From NCBI GenBank assembly GCA_029210695.1, contig JARGFH010000036.1, positions 1-38,054 on the forward strand: a stretch of DNA of 38,054 nt, in the 5' to 3' direction. A program made the position numbers and the translations under genes. Positions within the stretch are counted from its first letter, which is position 1. Each line of letters begins with the position of its first letter. This document shows positions 18,192-26,070 of this stretch, piece after piece. Under the pieces are notes generated by a model. The model saw only the letters and a list, made by a program, of their open reading frames with translations, was not told where the DNA came from and did not search any database. This stretch comes from Acidimicrobiia bacterium. GTDB lineage: Bacteria; Actinomycetota; Acidimicrobiia; Spongiisociales; JAHEDJ01.

Positions 18192-19331
18192 TCAGCAGCT
18201 TGACCTCTGCCCGGCGTTGATTATGCAGATCCTGGCTTCGGGGTCGGTAGGGTCGCCGCATACCGCACCCCCGAGTCCTGGCGCGCTCTTGATGCTGAAC
18301 TCAAACTGGCCTGTACATTCATCGGCTGTGTTTGGGAGGCTGAGGTCACCGCCGTAGGCGTCCTGAAGGTCGGAGACGGTTGCGCCGATGGCTATTCCTG
18401 CGCTGGTGGCAAGTGGCGAACGGATGTCGAATGGCATCGATCGCGCCATCCCGTGAAAGCCGTAGAGCATGTCCATGTGGGTCAGATACCAGGCATCGAA
18501 ATGCGGGACTCCATCATCACGGAATAGGTGCCAGTCTGAGAAGGTGACGGTTAGTCCAACACCATCGTGGAGTTGCCAGTGCGCTTCGGCGTAGTAATCC
18601 TCAGCGGGATGACCGTAGAGGCAACTGTCCATGTCGTATTCAGGGACACACGAATACTCGTGGCCGGGTGGTCCGAGCACGGAGATGAGTCGTTCCAGAG
18701 CCTCTTCCGCCGGGTCGCCGAAGTCGATGAGACCGAGTCCGTCACCTCGGAGTTCGATCTGGTCGTAGAACACGAACGGTTTCGGGTCGTAGGTAACGGT
18801 CAGCTCCACCTGGGTGGACGCCGCCGAGGGACAGGAAGCGGTGAACGTGAACGTGTTTCCCCCTGGGGTCAGTTCCAGGATCAGCCACCACTGACTTGGC
18901 GCATCCGTCGGAGCTTGGGGATAAGGTTCGGGGACAATCGCCTCATAGCCGCCCTTTGCCGTGACGGTGCAACCCCGTTCGACGCTCCCGAAGAACAGCT
19001 TCGATCGTTGAGTAACCGTTTCGCCGTCCTCCGGCGAGTTGACCTCCAGAGTCGGTGGACCTTTCGGCGGAGCGGTGATCGAAGTTAACGCCGTCGTGGC
19101 AGAAGAGGTGACCAAGGGGTCCGCAGTGCTCGTCGCGGTGGCGGCACGGGCAGTTGTCGACGATATCGATGAAGTCCACGAAACGATTGTGGTCGTGGTC
19201 GACGCTTGAGCCGTTGTAGTAGAAAACCCGGTCGTCTCGTCAGCGCTCCCACAGGCATCCAGCAACAGGGACACACAGACCACGACGGCGAGTAACACGC
19301 GCCTCGGTTCTATTCGTTCCGTTGATCTCAT
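18192..19331 (-). CDS. Hypothetical lipoprotein with Thr/Ser stalk, Ig-like domain and unknown C-terminal domain
   Basis: Hydrophobic signal plus LLDAC; Thr/Ser-rich linker; PTLEVNSPEDGETV...LTPGGNTFTFTA...VELTVTY Ig-like segment. ATGA-coupled to the upstream gene. Confidence 0.75.
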   Translation of the reverse strand: MRSTERIEPRRVLLAVVVCVSLLLDACGSADETTGFSTTTAQASTTTTIVSWTSSISSTTARAATATSTADPLVTSSATTALTSITAPPKGPPTLEVNSPEDGETVTQRSKLFFGSVERGCTVTAKGGYEAIVPEPYPQAPTDAPSQWWLILELTPGGNTFTFTASCPSAASTQVELTVTYDPKPFVFYDQIELRGDGLGLIDFGDPAEEALERLISVLGPPGHEYSCVPEYDMDSCLYGHPAEDYYAEAHWQLHDGVGLTVTFSDWHLFRDDGVPHFDAWYLTHMDMLYGFHGMARSMPFDIRSPLATSAGIAIGATVSDLQDAYGGDLSLPNTADECTGQFEFSIKSAPGLGGAVCGDPTDPEARICIINAGQRSSC

Positions 19332-20542
19332 CGTCCCCGTCCCAAGAGCGACACGACACTGGGGGTGCCGATGTATATGGCCGGATGTTCTCCCCAGGTG
19401 TCGACGATTCGGATGTCGACCCAAACGTGGTTTGACCAGTCCCACCGGTGGAGAACGACGTGGCGTCCGTCGAAGTCCCCCAGTTGCACGTCCGCTCCGA
19501 TTTCGGTACTCCACATCTCTTCACCGGTGGTGAGGTCTACCACTGCCACCACTGCGGGGATCAGTTGGCTCTTCTCCCACCATCCGTCGTGGTCGCCCGT
19601 GCAGACACGGGGTCCTGTCGGGAAGTTGTCCGAATCCGGCCAGAATGCGTCGGGTCGATACCGGTAGGCCAGCAGGTTCCCGTCATCAGAGATCCGTGCA
19701 GCCAGTTCGCACGGAGCACAGCCCTGGCCCGAAGGAAACGGGTTGGAGGCTACCTCGACCTCGGTGCCGGATCGATCCCAAAACTCGATCACGTCGTAGG
19801 TGTAGTCACCGCCACACTGGCCGTAGGGGGCCCCGACGAACAGCCCCCCACCGAAAGACCCGATGTCGTACCCTGCGTCCTCCATCGGCAGGCATATGAA
19901 GGTGGACTCGTCCCCGGTAGGTAGGGCATACCCATTGAGCGCCCAGTCCGCGCACGGCCAGGTGTCCGGGTCAATCTGGATTGGCACACCGGAGTAGAAC
20001 AACGTTGCGGCACCATCCAGAATGCCCGTGAAACCCGGGTGCCAGTAGCCCGACTCACGTTCCACCTCGACCGGTTCTGATTGCCCAACTCGTTGCCACA
20101 TCAAGATTGGCTGCTCTTCGGGCATGAACATGACACCGCCCTCTAGATCATCAGCAGCCCATTGCACCGGACCTTGATCCCACAGGATTGTCGGAATCCC
20201 GCGCTCAACTCTGATCAGGCCGAAGGGTCCGTGCCACAAAAAATCCGGTCCGGTCGCAGCTTCTGGTGGAAGCGACAAGGCTGTGGTAGCCGTTGTCGAA
20301 ATCGCGGCTGTGGCGACCTCTTGGAGCGCTGCCAATCCCGAGTAGTCCACCGATACACCGCCCAGTGTGCTCGAAGGTGTCGAAGTCGAAGCGCTGGTCG
20401 TGGAGGCCACCAACGTCTCGCCGGCCGTGCTCGTCGTCGCTGAGGTAGCGGTTAGAGAGGATCCAGCGGTGTCCTCGCCGTCGGTCCCGCAGGCGGCCAA
20501 CAACAGGGACCAGCAAACTGCGATGGCGAGTGTGTAGCGCAT
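19328..20542 (-). CDS. Hypothetical lipoprotein, probably beta-rich/propeller
   Basis: Lipobox LLAAC, Thr/Ser-rich linker, ISDDGNLLAY and VVDLTTGEEMW blade-like motifs. Confidence 0.78.
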   Translation of the reverse strand: MRYTLAIAVCWSLLLAACGTDGEDTAGSSLTATSATTSTAGETLVASTTSASTSTPSSTLGGVSVDYSGLAALQEVATAAISTTATTALSLPPEAATGPDFLWHGPFGLIRVERGIPTILWDQGPVQWAADDLEGGVMFMPEEQPILMWQRVGQSEPVEVERESGYWHPGFTGILDGAATLFYSGVPIQIDPDTWPCADWALNGYALPTGDESTFICLPMEDAGYDIGSFGGGLFVGAPYGQCGGDYTYDVIEFWDRSGTEVEVASNPFPSGQGCAPCELAARISDDGNLLAYRYRPDAFWPDSDNFPTGPRVCTGDHDGWWEKSQLIPAVVAVVDLTTGEEMWSTEIGADVQLGDFDGRHVVLHRWDWSNHVWVDIRIVDTWGEHPAIYIGTPSVVSLLGRGR

Positions 20543-20593
20543 CGGTTCTCATCCCTTCTAACGTCATCATCCGCCTGCAAGTTGCGACGGTGA

Positions 20594-20798
20594 AGAGGCC
20601 AACGGCCCTGCCATCGCCATATCGCCGATTCCGACCTCGATCTTCTCGACGAACCCGCCACCCGGTGATCCGCCCGCCGGTTTGCGCGGTCGCCACGCCG
20701 GAAGGACCACCCGGTACAGGCATTGCTCATGACGGCTTCTGGGCCGTAGTGCGCAACCGGCGTTCAACCGTCGCGGACGAGAGGGGTCGTTGGCCTCT
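20594..20798. mobile_element. Putative MITE or IS remnant bounded by 15-bp inverted repeats
   Basis: AGAGGCCAACGGCCC (20594-20608) versus GGGTCGTTGGCCTCT (20784-20798), 14/15 complementary. The right end overlaps a CTAG. Confidence 0.4.
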
Positions 20799-20836
20799 AG
20801 GCCAACTCTGCTCTGGCAATGAGGATGGTGTGAGAG

Positions 20837-22621
20837 GTGATCTTGGATTCGGCAAACGGGCGCCGTAGCGCGGATGCGAATTCTCCTCGTGTGGTGCTGA
20901 TCGATGGCGAAGCGCCCGGCCCGGGGAGTCTTCGAGGGCTGCTGTTGGCGGGGTTGGTCGTTCTTGTTGTGGGGGGTATTGCACTATCTCAGGGTTATGA
21001 CGTGCAGGACGTCGCGCCGAGCACGCTGCCGCCGGTCCCGCCTTCTTCATCGACGTCGACCACCGTCGGGAGACGCCCGTCGCCGGTCGGCGAGGTAGCG
21101 GGGCAGTTTGAATCTCGCATACTCGACTGGGTATATGAGGTGAACGATGTTGAGGTTTCGCCGGATGGCTTGATGTATGTGGCGGCACCGGTGGGGGTTG
21201 CCCGGCTGGACGGGGCAGGCGAGTGGACTCTGATCGACGTGGAGGACCTGCCCGGCGGGACAGGTCTGGAGGGCGGGCGTCCGGGTCTCGGGTTTCCGGG
21301 TCGGAATATCGAACAAATCGCCATCGGCTCCGATGGAGTGTTGTGGGTGGCCGGGTCTTCCGTATCCCGGGCGGATGATGAGCAGTTCGGCGGACGCTTG
21401 GAAGGGTGGTTCGGTGCACGGTGGCTTTGGTGGGTGGCGCGTCTTGATGGCTGTTGGGGGCGTTGTTGGTGGACGGTGTTCACCTCCGACGATGTTCCCG
21501 AGCTGGAAGGCGGCATCGGTGATCTGGTGGTTTCGGAGGAAGGCGCCGTCTATTTGTCGGTGGGTGAAGACCGGCTGCTTGTGTTCGACGGATACGAGGG
21601 GGGTTCCTACTCGGTGCCCCTTCCAACAGATTTGAACGAGTCACTGTGGTCGGATTCGTTGGCGGTTGGAGACGACGGTGTGGTGTGGGCGGCTACCGAC
21701 CATCACAGCGGGGGAGTGCTCTCTTTTGACGGTGCCGGGTTTACCCGACATACGACCGAGGACGGCCTTCCCAGCGACACCGTAGTGCAGGTCACGACTG
21801 GGACGGACGGCACCATTTGGTTGGCCACCGAGGCGGCAGGGGTTGCTGCCTTTGATGGCACGATCTGGACTACCTACACGATGGCAGATGGGTTGCTGTC
21901 CAACGATGCTGTGATAGCCACCGGTATCGACGGCACGGTGTGGGCAGTCCACTATGGGTTCCCCCCATACGGATATTCACGATTTGATGACACCGGATGG
22001 ACGACCTACCCGTTCGATTCCCCGGTGGGTGACCGCCAGGCGGCAGTCACCTCGGACGGGACTCTGTGGACCGTCTCGGAGGACGAGTTGACCAGTTTCG
22101 ATGGCATCACCCGTACCATCCATCCCTCCCCGTTCACTCAACCCGTTCCCGCAACCATCGCGCTCTCCATCGACGGTTGGGAAGGAGTCGAGGGGTATCG
22201 GTTGTTGGCCGTAGTCTCGTCGTCCGATGGCTACAACGAGTTGGTAGGTGGAGCGTTTTGGACGATGATCGACTCCGACCCCTACTCGGGAACAGACTTC
22301 GTGCATCCGCCGAACTGGAGAGATGAGCCGCCCTGGGTTTTATCCGAGTCCTGGGGCGAAGGGGCGTATCTGTGGGACGAGACGGCCGGGCTGGAACCCG
22401 GCCTCTATCGGATCCACTTCCTGGCGAATCCCGGTACGTTGGCACCGTTCAACAGACACATCCCGGCCGACCCTATCGAACGCTACTGCTCGCTTGATAT
22501 TGAAGTCTCATCCGGTGTAGAAACCACCGTCAGAATCTCCGGAATCCCCACCACAGGATTGGCGTCCGATTGTCTGGGAGTCGCCGTTGACACTGAGGCC
22601 GTACCCAGCTCACCCCCATAA
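20837..22621 (+). CDS. Membrane-anchored beta-propeller protein (two-component regulator propeller-like repeats)
   Basis: One N-terminal TM helix, Pro/Ser/Thr linker, repeated (S/D)DG.(L/V/I)W blades, TTEDGLPSD and TMADGLLSN motifs. No kinase domain. Start uncertain. Confidence 0.75.
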   Translation: MILDSANGRRSADANSPRVVLIDGEAPGPGSLRGLLLAGLVVLVVGGIALSQGYDVQDVAPSTLPPVPPSSSTSTTVGRRPSPVGEVAGQFESRILDWVYEVNDVEVSPDGLMYVAAPVGVARLDGAGEWTLIDVEDLPGGTGLEGGRPGLGFPGRNIEQIAIGSDGVLWVAGSSVSRADDEQFGGRLEGWFGARWLWWVARLDGCWGRCWWTVFTSDDVPELEGGIGDLVVSEEGAVYLSVGEDRLLVFDGYEGGSYSVPLPTDLNESLWSDSLAVGDDGVVWAATDHHSGGVLSFDGAGFTRHTTEDGLPSDTVVQVTTGTDGTIWLATEAAGVAAFDGTIWTTYTMADGLLSNDAVIATGIDGTVWAVHYGFPPYGYSRFDDTGWTTYPFDSPVGDRQAAVTSDGTLWTVSEDELTSFDGITRTIHPSPFTQPVPATIALSIDGWEGVEGYRLLAVVSSSDGYNELVGGAFWTMIDSDPYSGTDFVHPPNWRDEPPWVLSESWGEGAYLWDETAGLEPGLYRIHFLANPGTLAPFNRHIPADPIERYCSLDIEVSSGVETTVRISGIPTTGLASDCLGVAVDTEAVPSSPP

Positions 22622-22688
22622 GACGGCCGCAACCCGTCCCCCGTCGTGCGCGCAGCCAGACTTCGACGGACGCGGGCTAGCCGTACTG

Positions 22689-23954
22689 CTACGGGCCCAG
22701 CTTGGCGTTTAGGGCTGGCGTACCGGCGACTTGAATGACGGTTGGTCCAATGGTCAGCAGCTTACGGTAGGCGAACGCGGCGGCAAGGAGCGTTGCTACT
22801 CCACCGAGACCGAGTCCGTAGCGCGGCCCGACGTTCTCGCCGACCCAACCGATGATTGGACCTCCGATCGGCGTCGACCCCAGAAACGCCACAGCCCACA
22901 ATCCCATGACACGTCCACGCATCTCGGGGGTGGCGCTCAGCTGAAGAGTGGCGTTTCCCAGGGCCAGAAAGGTGATGCTGGCTGCTCCAAGCGCAACCAG
23001 GGCCACGTAGACGGTCACGAGGTTGGGAGCGAACGAGGTGATGAGTTGGGTAACGCCAAAGACTGCCGCCGTACGTGAGAGGGCAACCGCCGGACGGGTA
23101 CGACGAGACGCCGCCACCAGGCCCCCGACGACCGCCCCTCCGCCCATGCAGGCGGACATCGTGGCGTATGTTCCGGCGTCGCCCCCGAACGTGAATTTGG
23201 CGATCAGCGGCAGTATGACCTGGAATTCATAGGCGAACATGCCGACGACACCCATCATCAGGAGGGGAGTGAGGACGGCGGGTGTCGCCCCGACGTACCG
23301 CAGCCCTTCTCGCAACTGCCCGGCGCGGCGCGGCTGGGGCGCCACAGTCTGCAGCTCATCGGCCCGCATGAGGATAAGAGCAACGATGACGGCCAGATAG
23401 GTTCCTGAATTGACCAGGAAGCAGGGTCCCAACCCCACCGTAACGATGAGAACCCCGGCTGCCGCCGGCCCGAGGACACGCGCCAGATTGACCAATACCG
23501 AGTTGAGGCTCACGGCGCTGGTGAGCTTCTCACGTCCAACCAGTTCGGGAACGAAAGTCTGTCGCGTCGGGTTGTCGACGCTGGAGACGAGACCGAGCGC
23601 GCCGGCCAGGACGTACACCATCCAGAGCCGGATGACATCGAAGACGACCAGCAACCCCAGTGCGCAGGCCAGAATCGCCGCCGCGCTTTGGGTGATCAGA
23701 AGCAGACGCTGCTTGTTGAACCGGTCGGCGATGACGCCGCCGTAGGGGGCGAGGATGAGCATGGGCAGGAACTGAACCGCGGTGACCAGGCCGAGAGCCG
23801 TTCCGCTTCCCGTCAGTTCCAACACGAGCCACGATTGGGCAACCCTCTGCATCCAGGTCCCCGACATTGAAAGCGTCTGGCCGATGAAATAGAGCCGGAA
23901 ATTCCGGATGGCCAACGGCGAGAAAGCTCTCTTGACCCAGACGGGCCTGCTCAT
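22689..23954 (-). CDS. MFS transporter (12 TM, MFS_3/DHA3-like)
   Basis: RNFRLYFIGQ.LS.SGTWMQ.VAQSWLV, GGVIADRFNK, MRGRVMG. Confidence 0.93.
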   Translation of the reverse strand: MSRPVWVKRAFSPLAIRNFRLYFIGQTLSMSGTWMQRVAQSWLVLELTGSGTALGLVTAVQFLPMLILAPYGGVIADRFNKQRLLLITQSAAAILACALGLLVVFDVIRLWMVYVLAGALGLVSSVDNPTRQTFVPELVGREKLTSAVSLNSVLVNLARVLGPAAAGVLIVTVGLGPCFLVNSGTYLAVIVALILMRADELQTVAPQPRRAGQLREGLRYVGATPAVLTPLLMMGVVGMFAYEFQVILPLIAKFTFGGDAGTYATMSACMGGGAVVGGLVAASRRTRPAVALSRTAAVFGVTQLITSFAPNLVTVYVALVALGAASITFLALGNATLQLSATPEMRGRVMGLWAVAFLGSTPIGGPIIGWVGENVGPRYGLGLGGVATLLAAAFAYRKLLTIGPTVIQVAGTPALNAKLGP

Positions 23955-24388
23955 TCGCCGGCCGCGATCTTGTCGAGGAGAACGGCGACTTTGGCCAGGG
24001 TGCCCACTTCTTCGTCGCTCAGGTGGGTCATCCGTTTCGCCAGGAACGCGCTGCGCCGCCGGCTAGTCGTGTCCAGGATCTCTCGGGCCGGTGCCGTCAG
24101 TCGCACGATTGTTGACCGGGCATCTTCCGGACTCGGCTCCCGGGTCACCAGCCCGCTCCCTTCCAGCCTGCCGATGATGCCGGTGATGCTCGGGCGTGAA
24201 ACTCCCTCGATGGACGCCAGCTCACCCATCCGAAGCGGACCCCGCCGGTCGAGCGTCGCCAGCACCGAGCGCTGGGAAGGAGTGAGATCACCCATCGATT
24301 CCTGCCGAAGACGGCGAGCCAGGCGGGCGACGGACAGCCACAAGGACCCGGCCGCTTCTTCTCGAGCGCCGTTCACCGAGTCTTCCAT
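23951..24388 (-). CDS. MarR-family regulator
   Basis: LTPSQ.SVL..L..GPLRMGELA..EGVSRPSIT.II.RLE..GLV.R...PEDAR; coupled to the MFS gene. Confidence 0.92.
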   Translation of the reverse strand: MEDSVNGAREEAAGSLWLSVARLARRLRQESMGDLTPSQRSVLATLDRRGPLRMGELASIEGVSRPSITGIIGRLEGSGLVTREPSPEDARSTIVRLTAPAREILDTTSRRRSAFLAKRMTHLSDEEVGTLAKVAVLLDKIAAGE

Positions 24389-24399
24389 TCCAAAGGCAT

Positions 24400-24412
24400 T
24401 TAGCCATGCTAA
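24400..24412. promoter_or_regulatory. Candidate MarR operator
   Basis: TTAGC-CAT-GCTAA palindrome 11 nt upstream of the marR start, in an AT-rich patch. Confidence 0.55.
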
Positions 24413-24506
24413 TCAAAAAGGAGCAGCGCGAGGTTGGCATGTTCGGCGAACTGGACGACAATGGCGGCGACGCGGCTTTGCCGCTCGCTTCAGGAGGTAT
24501 TGATCG

Positions 24507-24689
24507 ATGATCGTCGGATACTTGGATCCAGGCTCTGGCAGTTTGCTGCTGCAAGCCATGCTTGGAGGCCTCGCCGGCCTCGCCGTCGCCTTCAAAGCGT
24601 GGAAGAGCAGATTCTCGATTTCTCGTCAGTTGTCCAAGCTGGAGAAAGAAGTAGAAGCACCGGTGGACGAGACCCCACTCGGGTCCTGA
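24507..24689 (+). CDS. 60-aa single-TM microprotein with YLDPGSGS motif
   Basis: AGGAGG SD; YLDPGSGS followed by a hydrophobic helix and a basic then acidic tail; 7 nt upstream of the next gene. Confidence 0.8.
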   Translation: MIVGYLDPGSGSLLLQAMLGGLAGLAVAFKAWKSRFSISRQLSKLEKEVEAPVDETPLGS

Positions 24690-24696
24690 CGACCGC

Positions 24697-26070
24697 ATGA
24701 TCTCCGCCGACCCGGGTTCGTTTCGCGATCCGGCCTCGCAGATCTTCATCGACGGTACGCGAGTCCTGCGCACTCTCGACGAGCGCGGTCTCGAGGCCTG
24801 GCGGGCACTGGCCGGGACTGACTTCCTCGAGAGGGCGGTTACAGACAGCAAGATCATTGCCTCCACCGAGATAGTTGATCCACCCGCAGGCGCCGCCGGC
24901 GCGCTGGAGCATCCTCGCCTGCCCTTGATCACCTACCCGTACGAGTGGACCTTTTCGATGCTCAAGGACGCCGCACTCCTTCAGTTGGATCTGCTGGAAG
25001 GCGCACTCGGTTCCGGATTGACGATCAAGGATGCAACTCCCTTCAATATTCAGTTCGTGGACGGCAGTCCGATGTTCATCGACATCGGATCATTCGAGCG
25101 ATATCAACCCGGTGAGCCGTGGATCGGCTATCGCCAGTTCACCAGGCAGTTCCTCTTCCCACTCATGCTGCGGGCCTGGAGTGGTGTTCCCTTTCAACCC
25201 TGGATGCGCGGCGACATGGAAGGTCCGACCGCCGCCCATATGCGGAGCCTCTTGCCGTGGTGGCGAAGAATCCAACCCCGCGTTCTCCTCCATGTGGTGC
25301 TCCAGGCGCGGATGGAGGAGCGGATGTCCGGTAAGGCGGTTCGCGACGATCTCAGGCGGGCCGGATTCTCTGCCGACTTGATCCTCGCCAACGTGAGGAA
25401 ACTCCGCCGCCTCGTCGAATCGTTGCAGTGGGATCCCGAAGATGACGGATGGTCTGACTACCACGCCTGCACCCATGTGGAGCGGGATCGGGCCACCAAG
25501 GGCGAGTTCCTCGAGAGCGTCCTTCAGCGCGTGGAACCCGGCAGGGTGCTCGATGTTGGGGCCAACGACGGCTACTTCTCTCAGATCGTGGCCGGCCGTG
25601 GCGCACACGCCATCGCGGTCGACGGCGACGAGGCCGTTCTCGACCACCTGCACCGGCGTGGGACCGGGAAGGCCTTGTCAATCGTGGTGGGCGACCTCGC
25701 CAATCCATCGCCATCGCAGGGATGGGCCGGTGCGGAACGCCCATCGTTGTTCGAACGGGCCCGCCCGGACCTGGTTATCGCCTACGGTCTCATCCACCAT
25801 CTGATCTACTCGGCCAGCATCCCACCGCGCAGGGTCATGGAGTGGCTGCGCAGCTTCGACTGCCCGGTTGTGGTCGAGTTCGTCTCACCTTCAGACGAGA
25901 TGGTCGCCAAGCTCATCGGCAACAAGCTGGCCGAGGAGCTTCACGAAGGACGGGATGAAGATGCCTTCAGGGAGATCATCGCCGGCCTCTTCGAGATCAG
26001 AGACGAACGGAAGCTCGGGTCGGACACCCGCCTGCTGTTCGAACTGCATCCCCGGGAGGTCAGTCGTTGA
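24697..26070 (+). CDS. NoeA-like protein: N-terminal kinase-like domain plus C-terminal class I SAM methyltransferase
   Basis: GSFRDP, TYPYEW.FSMLKDAA, KDATPFN (catalytic-loop-like), FIDIGS (DFG-like), VLDVGANDG SAM motif, LIHHL, VVEFV. Confidence 0.82.
   Translation: MISADPGSFRDPASQIFIDGTRVLRTLDERGLEAWRALAGTDFLERAVTDSKIIASTEIVDPPAGAAGALEHPRLPLITYPYEWTFSMLKDAALLQLDLLEGALGSGLTIKDATPFNIQFVDGSPMFIDIGSFERYQPGEPWIGYRQFTRQFLFPLMLRAWSGVPFQPWMRGDMEGPTAAHMRSLLPWWRRIQPRVLLHVVLQARMEERMSGKAVRDDLRRAGFSADLILANVRKLRRLVESLQWDPEDDGWSDYHACTHVERDRATKGEFLESVLQRVEPGRVLDVGANDGYFSQIVAGRGAHAIAVDGDEAVLDHLHRRGTGKALSIVVGDLANPSPSQGWAGAERPSLFERARPDLVIAYGLIHHLIYSASIPPRRVMEWLRSFDCPVVVEFVSPSDEMVAKLIGNKLAEELHEGRDEDAFREIIAGLFEIRDERKLGSDTRLLFELHPREVSR

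Noticed and set aside
19332..19514. N-terminal extension of the 18192 lipoprotein given in the ORF track
   Set aside because: It overlaps the upstream gene; ATG 19331 gives a normal signal peptide and ATGA coupling.
20837..22621. Hybrid two-component sensor kinase
   Set aside because: Only the propeller repeats are present; there is no second TM helix, HisKA, HATPase or receiver domain.
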